From IMG/VR virus record IMGVR_UViG_3300038393_001428, positions 1 to 40,451 of that record: a stretch of DNA of 40,451 bases; one strand, given 5' to 3'. The translations under genes were made by a program, and so were the position numbers. This stretch comes from a virus. Taxonomy: Duplodnaviria; Caudoviricetes. The notes under the pieces are model-generated. The model ran no database searches and was not told the origin of the DNA. It saw nothing but the letters and a program-made list of their open reading frames with translations. This document shows, one piece after another, positions 32,639 to 40,451 of this stretch (its first letter is position 1; every line of letters starts with the position of its first letter).

Positions 32639-35565
32639 GCATTGCGCTCGCCGCAGTTTCGCTCGCGATTCCGATCGTAGGGCCCGCCATCGGGCTGTCC
32701 ATTCTCGCGACCACGCTTGTTGCAGTCGGTGTGGGGCTGGCTGGAAGCTTTCTGCTTGGTCCGGCTAAGCCCAAGGGCCTGAGTACCAGCCCTAGTGACA
32801 GACTGACCGCCACGCTGGTTCCGACAGATCCCCGCAAGATCGTGTTCGGCAATACGGCAATGGCGACTGACGTTCGCTATCAGGCGTTCACCGGGACCAA
32901 CCAGGAATATCTGGAGATGATCGTCTGTGTCGCCTCGCACGAGGTGAACGCGATTTCCGAAATATGGCTGGACAATGAGAAGGCGTGGAACGGCAGCGTT
33001 CTCGGGAGATACGTTGGTTATCTGACTGTCACGACCAGAACGCTTGGAACCAGTGCCAACGGCATTGCCATTGATGGCACATGGACTTCGAGCTGCACCC
33101 TCACCGGATGCGCTTACGTCTACATGAAGTTCAAGCTCACCGGAAACTCGGACAAGGTAAGCAGTCCTTTCTCTGGTGGCGTCACTTCCCGCATGACGAT
33201 CCGCGGCAAGGGTGCCAAGGTTTACGATCCGAGACTCGACAGTACGGTTGCTGGAGGCTCTGGAACGCAGCGCGCCAACGACCAGACGACGTGGGCGTGG
33301 GATGACAACGGCTCGAGGAACCCTGCGCTTCAGGAACTGTGGTACGAACTCGGCTGGAAGATCAATTCCAAGCTTGCCGTGGGCAAAGGCGTACCGCCTG
33401 CCCGCATAGATCTTGCCAGTTACGCGGTCGGCGCGAACGCCTGCGACGAGAGCGTTACATTGAACGGCGGAGGAACAGAATCCCGCTACCGCAGCGATGG
33501 CGTTCTTTCAGAAGCGGATGACCCAGGAGCGGTCAGGGACAATCTCTGCGCCACGATGAACGCGGTCCTGAGGGACGCAGGCGGCAAACTAGCTCTAACA
33601 GTCCTTCACGACGATCTTTCGACGCCGGTCACTCCATCTGGCAAGAGCGCGTTCGATGATAACGATGTGATGGGCGAGATGCAGTGGGACCAGACCCCTG
33701 ACCTCAACCAGAGCTTCAACATCGTTCGCGGTCGGAGAATAGATCCGTCCGATAATGCTCTCTACCAGGCTGTTGACGTTCCCGAAGTCGGCCTGACGAG
33801 CATCGACGGCATCGATCGCATCGACACTGTCGATTACGTCATGGTGCAGTCCAATGGTCAGGCGCAGCGCCTGATGAAGCAGAGGCTGCAGAGGAACCAG
33901 TATCAGGGACGGCTGAGCTTCACCGGGAAACCCAGCTTCTGGGGCCTCAACATCGGAGATGTCTTCCCGCTTACCCATGCCGCCTTCGGATGGTCGGCCA
34001 AGCTGTTCCGTTGCGCCGGCCAGAAGATCAGCCGGACAGGCGAGACGCAAATCGTCGCGATTGAGGAAAACAGCGCGATCTATGCATGGGCCAATAATGA
34101 GGCTGCTGCCGTCACTCCTGGCGCACCTGTGGTTTACAATCCAGTCAATGACCCGCTTGTCAGCGGCATTACCGACATCAACGGTACAAGCATCTTGGGA
34201 GACGCCAATAGGGTTCGCTTCAGCCAGATGGAGCAGGGCGCGCTTGGCTACAACCTCCTCTACAACTCTGCCAGCTTGCCCTTCACTCTAGGAAAGACAG
34301 TGGCCTCGGGCTACAACATTGTTCAAATTGGCGTGACATTCACGGCGGCCAGTCAGGTCGTCATTATCGGGACCGATTTTAGCAAGGCAGCTTTCCGCAT
34401 TCCCGTAACTGCTGGAGAGCGAATTTTCGTCGGCCTCCGCACCCAATGCGACCCTCCGGGGGGCGTGTCGACGGGAAGTTGGCAATATTTTATCCGATTT
34501 ATGGATAGCTCGGGGACTTATATTAGTGGGAGCGGCGCTCAAATCGGTGCCGGGACCGGCGACTCCTTCGGAACGAGGATCGGCATATTCACCAATGTTC
34601 CAGCTGGAGCATTCTCTGCATACATTGAGGGCGATCTAAGCTCGGATTCTTCCACTGGCGCTGCATCAATCGGCATCATCGAACCGATGGTGGTCGGTGC
34701 TACAGCTACCCAGACGGCTTGGCCTGCGTTCAGTCCAGGACCAAGCAGCGAGTTCGGCGCGGACGTTACAGCAAACCTTGTCGGCCCAGCTGCGTCTGAT
34801 GTGAATTACGACAACCCAGGAACGACATTCCAGAGCGCGCTAGACCTCAATTACAAGGTGCAGACATTCGCCGGAACCGTGACGAGCGGCGTGACGATGA
34901 CTTACAAGGTCAAGTCGGGAACGTTCAACGGCTTCAGCTCGGCCAGCGGCGCTCAAACGATGACGGTCACAAGCGGCGCGGCGACAATCACGCCAACGTC
35001 GCTCGCGACAGACAGTGCGACAATCGAGGTCACGGCAATCTATAATGGGCGTACACTGCCCGCCTTCACGACCGTTCTCAACAAGGTTCTAGCGCCAGCA
35101 ACTCCCACAGGCACGGGCGGAGGTGGGGGAGGCTCGACTGACGTTCCCTCTCAAACCAGCGGGTTCACCGCGATCAATACCGCCACGTTCACGACCATCA
35201 CGTCTAGCCTCACCTTCACCATGCCTACAGGCAAGACAACACTTCGCTGTGTCGTCAATCTGTCGTGCAAATATGGAAAGACGGCCAACCAAGTCGGGCC
35301 GTGGGACGTGGAGTTCAAGGTGCAGCGCGGAGGCGTGGATCAGGGCACGACTCAGCACTCGAACCCAGATCCCGAAATCGTGAACGATCCCGACTTTGGC
35401 GACGTAGCCAATCCGGGAACGATGCAATACACTCTCGACATGACTGGCCTCACCGTGGGCGTCCAATATACCGTTGTTCTGCAGGCTCGGGTTGCAACCG
35501 GAACCCTTCCGACCAACGGCGTCAACATGACCTTCTCTGGCTCTGTAGCATTGAGCGCGCCATGA
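32620..35565 (+). CDS. Central tail fibre/host specificity protein (gpJ-like); probable ATC start
   Basis: PRKIVFG, G.KVYDPR, NPAL, AN.CDE, RY..DG motifs. The frame is open from 32605; GGAGG-5nt-ATC at 32620 (first canonical start is GTG 32731). Confidence 0.85.
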   Translation: MSKKIIGIALAAVSLAIPIVGPAIGLSILATTLVAVGVGLAGSFLLGPAKPKGLSTSPSDRLTATLVPTDPRKIVFGNTAMATDVRYQAFTGTNQEYLEMIVCVASHEVNAISEIWLDNEKAWNGSVLGRYVGYLTVTTRTLGTSANGIAIDGTWTSSCTLTGCAYVYMKFKLTGNSDKVSSPFSGGVTSRMTIRGKGAKVYDPRLDSTVAGGSGTQRANDQTTWAWDDNGSRNPALQELWYELGWKINSKLAVGKGVPPARIDLASYAVGANACDESVTLNGGGTESRYRSDGVLSEADDPGAVRDNLCATMNAVLRDAGGKLALTVLHDDLSTPVTPSGKSAFDDNDVMGEMQWDQTPDLNQSFNIVRGRRIDPSDNALYQAVDVPEVGLTSIDGIDRIDTVDYVMVQSNGQAQRLMKQRLQRNQYQGRLSFTGKPSFWGLNIGDVFPLTHAAFGWSAKLFRCAGQKISRTGETQIVAIEENSAIYAWANNEAAAVTPGAPVVYNPVNDPLVSGITDINGTSILGDANRVRFSQMEQGALGYNLLYNSASLPFTLGKTVASGYNIVQIGVTFTAASQVVIIGTDFSKAAFRIPVTAGERIFVGLRTQCDPPGGVSTGSWQYFIRFMDSSGTYISGSGAQIGAGTGDSFGTRIGIFTNVPAGAFSAYIEGDLSSDSSTGAASIGIIEPMVVGATATQTAWPAFSPGPSSEFGADVTANLVGPAASDVNYDNPGTTFQSALDLNYKVQTFAGTVTSGVTMTYKVKSGTFNGFSSASGAQTMTVTSGAATITPTSLATDSATIEVTAIYNGRTLPAFTTVLNKVLAPATPTGTGGGGGGSTDVPSQTSGFTAINTATFTTITSSLTFTMPTGKTTLRCVVNLSCKYGKTANQVGPWDVEFKVQRGGVDQGTTQHSNPDPEIVNDPDFGDVANPGTMQYTLDMTGLTVGVQYTVVLQARVATGTLPTNGVNMTFSGSVALSAP

Positions 35566-36071
35566 TCCTGATCGAACAAGATGGCCGCAGGCAGCTCGTG
35601 GCCAGCCTCGATGGCTACGATGCCGCCACGGTTATTAAGGAGAATGTGGCTGAACCCCCTCCTTATGTCACGGCAGATGATCTGGATGACGAAGGCTCTA
35701 TTCCACTAGAACTGCTCAAAAACATTCTGTGGGCGCGCGTAAAGGAGATCCGCGGCGAGAAGGAAACAGGGATTGCTCCAACTCCTCTAGGTGATGTTCA
35801 GATAGACGAAAAGAGCAAGGCCAAGATTATGGGTGCGCTCGACTTTTGTAAGCTCAAGGAGGAGCAGGGCCAGCCCTTCACGATGAACTTCACGATGGCC
35901 GACAATACGCGCGTCGTGCTCGACAACATTAAAGTGCGCCAACTAGCGGGGGCTGCGGGTCTCTACGTCGCCCAGCTTTATGATTATTCCTGGACGCTCC
36001 GCGATGCGATCGAGGCAGCAGCTACTACAGACGAAATAGGTCAGATCAACGTTGAGACTGGCTGGCCATGA
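35562..36071 (+). CDS. Tail fibre assembly-like protein (DUF4376-like)
   Basis: ATGA-coupled; Q.D..S...I.GA...FTMADN...L...I.AA.T.DEI..I..GWP. Confidence 0.7.
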   Translation: MILIEQDGRRQLVASLDGYDAATVIKENVAEPPPYVTADDLDDEGSIPLELLKNILWARVKEIRGEKETGIAPTPLGDVQIDEKSKAKIMGALDFCKLKEEQGQPFTMNFTMADNTRVVLDNIKVRQLAGAAGLYVAQLYDYSWTLRDAIEAAATTDEIGQINVETGWP

Positions 36072-36427
36072 GCAGCTTCACGGAACCCTTGATCGTCGAG
36101 GTTGAAAGCAGGGAGCGCAGCGGGATTGGCTTGGTCAAGCTGGCCAAGGAGTTTTCATATTACCTTGAGGACGGTAGCGACACGATCGCTATCCCTGTCG
36201 GATATGAAACTGACTTCTGCTCGATCCCTAGGTTTGCAAGGCCCGTCTTCTGCACGATGGGCAAGTCGGCAAAGCCTGCGCTGCTTCACGACTGGCTGCT
36301 GCGAAACAAGGACAAGCGTGCAACGCGGATATTCAACGAAGCGCTGAAGGTGGCAAACGTCAGCACAGTTGGGCGCTGGATCATGGTCGCGTTCGTCTTT
36401 GTGTGGACGTTCTCAGAACTCCACTGA
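36068..36427 (+). CDS. DUF1353 family protein
   Basis: IPVGYETDFCSIPR...ALLHDWL...IF.EAL. Confidence 0.8.
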   Translation: MSSFTEPLIVEVESRERSGIGLVKLAKEFSYYLEDGSDTIAIPVGYETDFCSIPRFARPVFCTMGKSAKPALLHDWLLRNKDKRATRIFNEALKVANVSTVGRWIMVAFVFVWTFSELH

Positions 36428-36435
36428 TTAGCCTC

Positions 36436-36471
36436 CAAACCTAACCGCCGCTCCCCTCAGCGCTCTAGCCA
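36436..36471 (+). promoter_or_regulatory. Late promoter motif copy 5 (lysis cassette)
   Basis: CAAACCTA-accgc-CGCTCCC-N10-TAGCCA. Confidence 0.75.
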
Positions 36472-36536
36472 TGCGTCATGGCCAGCGCGAAAGATCGGCT
36501 TCACGCGCCCCCTTTTGCGCAAGGGCGCGCGTAACT

Positions 36537-36905
36537 GTGCCCACCCCTGTTCCCACCGACAGCCTTAACTGGACGATCGCTGGTTTCTGGATGGCCGTTC
36601 TGGCCTTCTTCGGCGTTCTCCTTCGCCAGATCGGCCCGTGGCGCAAGCAGATCAGCGATCTGGAGGAGCGCCTTCGGCTAGAGCTGTTGCAAGAGCGGCG
36701 AAGGTGCGAAGCCGAGCTGCGCGTAGTTCGTCACCGCACGAGAAACCAGCGGCAGATTATCTATTCGCTGCTGCACTTGTTCGATCTTCCCGCGACCCGC
36801 CGCAAGGAACTGCTGGCGAGCATCCGAGCAGACTTAGCGGCTCTCGAGCAGGCAGAGGCAACCGAGAGCGGGATCGTCGCATCTGCTCTTGGTGATTCGG
36901 TATGA
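36537..36905 (+). CDS. Holin/antiholin-like protein (1 TM + coiled coil)
   Basis: WTIAGFWMAVLAFFGVLL helix, directly upstream of the endolysin. Confidence 0.55.
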   Translation: MPTPVPTDSLNWTIAGFWMAVLAFFGVLLRQIGPWRKQISDLEERLRLELLQERRRCEAELRVVRHRTRNQRQIIYSLLHLFDLPATRRKELLASIRADLAALEQAEATESGIVASALGDSV

Positions 36906-37420
36906 CGGCCGCCAATTATGCCCCGTCACTCAGGCTCGTGCTCATTCACGAGGGCGGCTTCGTTTGCGATCCCCAAGACCCAGGTGGAGCGACATGCAAG
37001 GGCGTCACTCAGGCCGTTTATGATGACTGGCGAATTGGCGAGGGACTGGACAAACGTAGCGTCAAGCTCGTCAACGACTATGAGGTCGGGAAGATCTACC
37101 GTTCCCTATATTGGGACAGGATTTGCGGCGATGCACTTCCTGTAGGCGTAGATTATTGCTGCTTTGATTTTGCTGTCAACAGCGGCCCTGCGCGAGCGGC
37201 GCGATACCTTCAGCGCGCGGTCGGTGCGTTTCAGGACGGCGACATCGGACCGGCTACGCTGGCCTCCGTCAATAGCAGCCACATCCCTGACGTGATCGAT
37301 AACGTCTGCGATGCGCGGCTGTCTTTTCTCAAGCAGCTGCCGATTTTCGACAGGTTCGGACACGGATGGACGACGCGGGTTCAGGACGTTCGCGCCAAGG
37401 CCAAGGAGATGGCGGCGTGA
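36902..37420 (+). CDS. Endolysin, glycoside hydrolase family 108
   Basis: HEGG...P.DPGGAT..GVT...YW...DFAVNSG...LQ..VG...DG.IGP.T...FG.GW..R. Confidence 0.93.
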   Translation: MTAANYAPSLRLVLIHEGGFVCDPQDPGGATCKGVTQAVYDDWRIGEGLDKRSVKLVNDYEVGKIYRSLYWDRICGDALPVGVDYCCFDFAVNSGPARAARYLQRAVGAFQDGDIGPATLASVNSSHIPDVIDNVCDARLSFLKQLPIFDRFGHGWTTRVQDVRAKAKEMAA

Positions 37421-37848
37421 GCCTTTTTGTCGTCCGCAACCCGATCCGCCTGTTCGCGGTCATCTGCGTAGCCGTCACGTCCGCCTTCGTCATGGTGATG
37501 AGCTATCGCCTGCTGAACGTGCTGAGCGGGCCGGGATGGTGCGCCACAGCTCTCGGCGCCGGCAAGGCGACCTCGGTTGATGGCACGGTCAAGGGCTTGG
37601 ATTCATGCGTTAACCTGCTGACCATTCAGCTCAAGAGCCTCGCAAACAACAGTTATATATTCGGCGGCGTCATCGCGCTCTGCCTGCTGACCCTGATTGT
37701 CATTGTGATCGCTGGCGGGCGCCTGACATTCAAAGGCCCAGCCAACATCGAAACCGACATCAGCGGCAATCCAGCGCCAGCAGCGGCACAGGCTGTTGCC
37801 GACAGTGCTCAGACGACCGCCAACGTCATCAAGGAAACCACGCCATGA
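37417..37848 (+). CDS. Two-TM membrane protein, holin candidate
   Basis: Two hydrophobic helices; GTGA-coupled to the endolysin. Confidence 0.6.
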   Translation: MSLFVVRNPIRLFAVICVAVTSAFVMVMSYRLLNVLSGPGWCATALGAGKATSVDGTVKGLDSCVNLLTIQLKSLANNSYIFGGVIALCLLTLIVIVIAGGRLTFKGPANIETDISGNPAPAAAQAVADSAQTTANVIKETTP

Positions 37849-37868
37849 GAGACGAAGGAGACCTCCAC

Positions 37869-38084
37869 ATGTCTATCGAGCCCAAAAGCCGCTGGACGCA
37901 CAAATACCAGCACTATTCCGTCATCATCGTTGGCCTTCCCACACCGCAGGTCAAGGATGCGAACGACGCCAACTGGCAGCCTGCCGTTGCCTATCACCAA
38001 GAGGACAATGCTGGCGATTCAATGACGTTCGTCCGTCCCGAAAAGGACTTCCTCGCTAAATTCGTACCGGAGGCAAAATCATGA
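37869..38084 (+). CDS. Hypothetical protein (possibly DUF1653-like)
   Basis: AAGGAG SD; W.H...Y......V.Y......FVRP..DF..KF. Confidence 0.55.
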   Translation: MSIEPKSRWTHKYQHYSVIIVGLPTPQVKDANDANWQPAVAYHQEDNAGDSMTFVRPEKDFLAKFVPEAKS

Positions 38085-38233
38085 CCATTGCGATCCTATT
38101 CATCATCCTCTCGCTCGTCTGCTTCATCGCCGCTGCGGCCGGCCTTCCCGAGAACTCGCGAGTCAACATGATGGCGCTCGGGCTTGTGTTCCTGACCGTC
38201 TTCTTCGCGCTCAATTCGGCGGTAATCAGGTAA
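38081..38233 (+). CDS. 50-aa two-TM membrane protein (not in ORF track)
   Basis: GGAGG SD; MTIAILFIILSLVCFIAAAAG...MMALGLVFLTVFFAL. Confidence 0.65.
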   Translation: MTIAILFIILSLVCFIAAAAGLPENSRVNMMALGLVFLTVFFALNSAVIR

Positions 38234-38610
38234 TGCCGGTCTTCCTCCTCTCGCTATTCGGGAAGCTCGGCATCCCGCCGCAGTTCCGCAAGGCAGCGCT
38301 CATCGGAACGGCAGTTGTGCTGCTCATCGCTATGCTGATGGTCGGCAAGTGTTCGTACGACAAAAGCGTCATTCGCAATCACGAAGCCAAGCAGGAAGCC
38401 GCGACGGCGAAAGCTGACCGGACTGCCGATACCCATGCGGCCGAGCAGAGGCGCGCAGATGACGCCCGTTCTACCACCGAAACACAGCAGATCAAGGAGG
38501 CTGTCAATGAAGCCGGTAACGATCCCGCTGCTCGCCGTGCTGCTTACTACAGTTGCGTGCGAAAACAGCAATCCGCCCGCAAGTCCGGCAAGCCATCCCC
38601 CGGCTGCTGA
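38233..38610 (+). CDS. i-spanin (Rz-like)
   Basis: N-terminal TM plus Ala-rich coiled coil; overlapped by a lipoprotein gene. Confidence 0.75.
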   Translation: MPVFLLSLFGKLGIPPQFRKAALIGTAVVLLIAMLMVGKCSYDKSVIRNHEAKQEAATAKADRTADTHAAEQRRADDARSTTETQQIKEAVNEAGNDPAARRAAYYSCVRKQQSARKSGKPSPGC

Positions 38611-38797
38611 CCTCACTTGCCCTGCCGAGCCCGATATAGCGGCCATGCTTGCTGCTGACCCCTCTGGCGTGAGCTTTGACGCTGCCGTGCGCTCCGCCGG
38701 CCAGCAATGCCGTGATGCGCTCCACCGCATCTGTATGTGGCACCGCGAGCGCGGACTTCAGATCGACTGCGACAAGCCACCGGAGCTAACGCCATGA
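38507..38797 (+). CDS. o-spanin lipoprotein (Rz1-like)
   Basis: AAGGAGG SD; MKPVTIPLLAVLLTTVA-C lipobox; Pro-rich; +1 overlap with Rz. Confidence 0.78.
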   Translation: MKPVTIPLLAVLLTTVACENSNPPASPASHPPAADLTCPAEPDIAAMLAADPSGVSFDAAVRSAGQQCRDALHRICMWHRERGLQIDCDKPPELTP

Positions 38798-40347
38798 ACC
38801 GCTTCCACGTTCTCCTCCTCGCGTTGGTGCTCCTCATCGGAGTGATGCTCTTCGCCTGTCCAGCTCACGCAGCCAGTCAACCTCCGGTCATCACCGTTCC
38901 CGATGTGACCTGCGTCGAGAATGCATCCTGTACGCTCATCGTCACCAAGACCAAGGCGAACAGTTACTCACGAATCCAACTGACAACAGTCGACGGAACG
39001 GCCAAGGCGGGAATCGACTACCGCGCGCTTAACTCTACCTACACGCTATCGAATAACCAGACGCAGCTGGCCGTACCTCTGAGCCTGATCGACAACTCGA
39101 CCTACCAGGGCTCACGAACCTTTGCCGTCAGGATCACCGTTCTCCGCTTTGCCCAGGTTGCAGCGAGCTACGTTCCGACAACGGTCACGATCACCGATGA
39201 CGAGACGCCTCCACTTCCTCCGCCTCCATCAACGAGAGTAGCTGGCGAAACACCCATTGCCGACAACTTCGACGTATCCCAAGCGATCGAGCAGACATGG
39301 TATGGTCCTCTCGGCAGGGGAGGCATTGCCCCAGCTTCAGCCGATCCCGTGGGAGCCTTCCGCGAGTTCTGTGCACCGGGCCAAATCCTCAGGGACGACC
39401 CGATGGTCTATGCCGGCCAACCCGGAGCATCGCCGCACCTCCACCAGTTTTTCGGAAACGATAGAACGAACGGCAACAGCAATTACACCAGCCTCAGAAC
39501 CACGGGCCAATCCACTTGCGGCAACCGTGGCTCAACTACCCCAACGAACCGCTCCGCTTACTGGATGCCGGCAATGCTGGATGGTACGGGCAACGTAGTC
39601 AAGCCAGACTACATGAACCTCTATTACAAGCGGAACCCTGCTTCAGACCCATATTGCAAGTCTCCTGACCTCGGAGGAATCGGGATCTGCGCCGACCTCC
39701 CCAACGGCATCCGGTTCATCTTCGGCGCCAACATGAAGACCATGACCGATGGTCCCACAGACGTTAATTCCCAGAACCACGACGCGATTACATTCCAGTG
39801 CTGGGCGAGCTTCGACAACTCGGTGAGCAACAACGGCCTCAACGCATATTATCATTCGATGGAAGAGGTTCGCGCAGCGGGTTGTCCGGTTGGAGCTCGG
39901 CTGATGATTATAGCCGCGGCCCCCAATTGCTGGGACGGACAGAACCTCGATTCAGCAGATCACAGGTCGCATATGACATGGTCGAACGGAGCAATGTATC
40001 CCGGCCAATTCTTCCGCGCCTGCCCGTTGGATCATCCGTACGTAATTCCCAATCTCGAGGTACAGGTCGCCTATACGATCGACGCCAATTTCGTCGCCGG
40101 CAAATGGCTGCTCGACAGCGACCGGCAGATGGATGCAAGCGGGATGCAGGTTGTACCCGGCTCGACCTGGCATATGGATTATTGGGAAGCGTGGAGCCCA
40201 ACGGTCAAAGCTACTTGGCACCGTACCTGCATCAACCAGAAGCTGTCATGCGCTGGTGGAGACTTGGGGGACGGCACCGATATTCTGAAAGCCGATCATT
40301 ATCCTAATACGGACTTTCCAACGCATGTGCTGGTGCCGGTGCCTTAG
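38794..40347 (+). CDS. Secreted Calx-beta + DUF1996 domain protein
   Basis: Signal peptide ending AHA; TVDGTAKAGIDY...IDN..Y...F...VTITDDE (Calx-beta); DDP.V..GQ...SPHLHQFFGN, N.SAYW.P, CWDG..LDS.DH.SHM, CP..HP..IP (DUF1996). Confidence 0.85.
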   Translation: MNRFHVLLLALVLLIGVMLFACPAHAASQPPVITVPDVTCVENASCTLIVTKTKANSYSRIQLTTVDGTAKAGIDYRALNSTYTLSNNQTQLAVPLSLIDNSTYQGSRTFAVRITVLRFAQVAASYVPTTVTITDDETPPLPPPPSTRVAGETPIADNFDVSQAIEQTWYGPLGRGGIAPASADPVGAFREFCAPGQILRDDPMVYAGQPGASPHLHQFFGNDRTNGNSNYTSLRTTGQSTCGNRGSTTPTNRSAYWMPAMLDGTGNVVKPDYMNLYYKRNPASDPYCKSPDLGGIGICADLPNGIRFIFGANMKTMTDGPTDVNSQNHDAITFQCWASFDNSVSNNGLNAYYHSMEEVRAAGCPVGARLMIIAAAPNCWDGQNLDSADHRSHMTWSNGAMYPGQFFRACPLDHPYVIPNLEVQVAYTIDANFVAGKWLLDSDRQMDASGMQVVPGSTWHMDYWEAWSPTVKATWHRTCINQKLSCAGGDLGDGTDILKADHYPNTDFPTHVLVPVP

Positions 40348-40451
40348 GCGCGGGGGAGGCTGCCGCCGCCACTTCCGACACCGCCCAAATGTTCCTCATA
40401 TCGCGTGGTGCCGCATTTTGAGCATCGCATGGTCACAAAGTTGGTGTTGCT
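40344..40451 (-). CDS. 3' part of the origin-spanning Cys-rich protein
   Basis: SNTNFVTMRCSKCGTTRYEEHLGG...PRA-stop, in frame with 129..1. Confidence 0.7.
   Translation of the reverse strand, partial: SNTNFVTMRCSKCGTTRYEEHLGGVGSGGGSLPRA

Larger units (their letters stand above)
1..40451. mobile_element. Complete temperate siphovirus genome, circular/attP form
   Basis: Full module set (integrase+attP, CI/Cro, replication, terminase, portal, capsid, non-contractile tail, lysis). No host genes recognised. An ORF is continuous across the window junction. Confidence 0.92.

Noticed and set aside
32620-35565. Diversity-generating retroelement or invertible tail-fibre cassette
   Set aside because: No reverse transcriptase, TR/VR pair or invertase seen.

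Overview
The window looks like one complete, circular (excised, attP-intact) ~40.5 kb temperate siphovirus genome. The host is probably an alphaproteobacterium, possibly Sphingomonadaceae; this is an inference from the tRNA-Arg attP core and gene content. Layout: leftward early operon (1-7520; RecT/Bet-like annealase, DUF968, DUF1367, Xis, tyrosine integrase, attP in the 3' half of tRNA-Arg(CCG)); a lambda-like switch (CI, a Cro gene missing from the ORF track, palindromic OL/OR operators); a rightward early/replication block (GIY-YIG-HTH, RusA-like, stand-alone DnaA domain IV, HTH replication initiator with iterons); packaging, head and tail genes; a lysis cassette; and a secreted Calx-beta/DUF1996 protein. 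An ORF reads in frame across the end/start junction, which supports circularity. Non-coding signals not explained by the ORFs: (1) five dispersed ~75-90 bp multi-hairpin elements rich in C-GNA-G mini-hairpins, with covarying stems, in both orientations and only in early regions; (2) five copies of a bipartite late-promoter motif CAAMCCTA-N5-CGCTCCC-N10-(-10 box); (3) a triple GGA-loop leader before the capsid gene; (4) an SD-sequestering pseudoknot before the tail chaperone; (5) a probable ATC start codon for the central tail fibre. All family assignments come from motif recognition by eye, not database searches.
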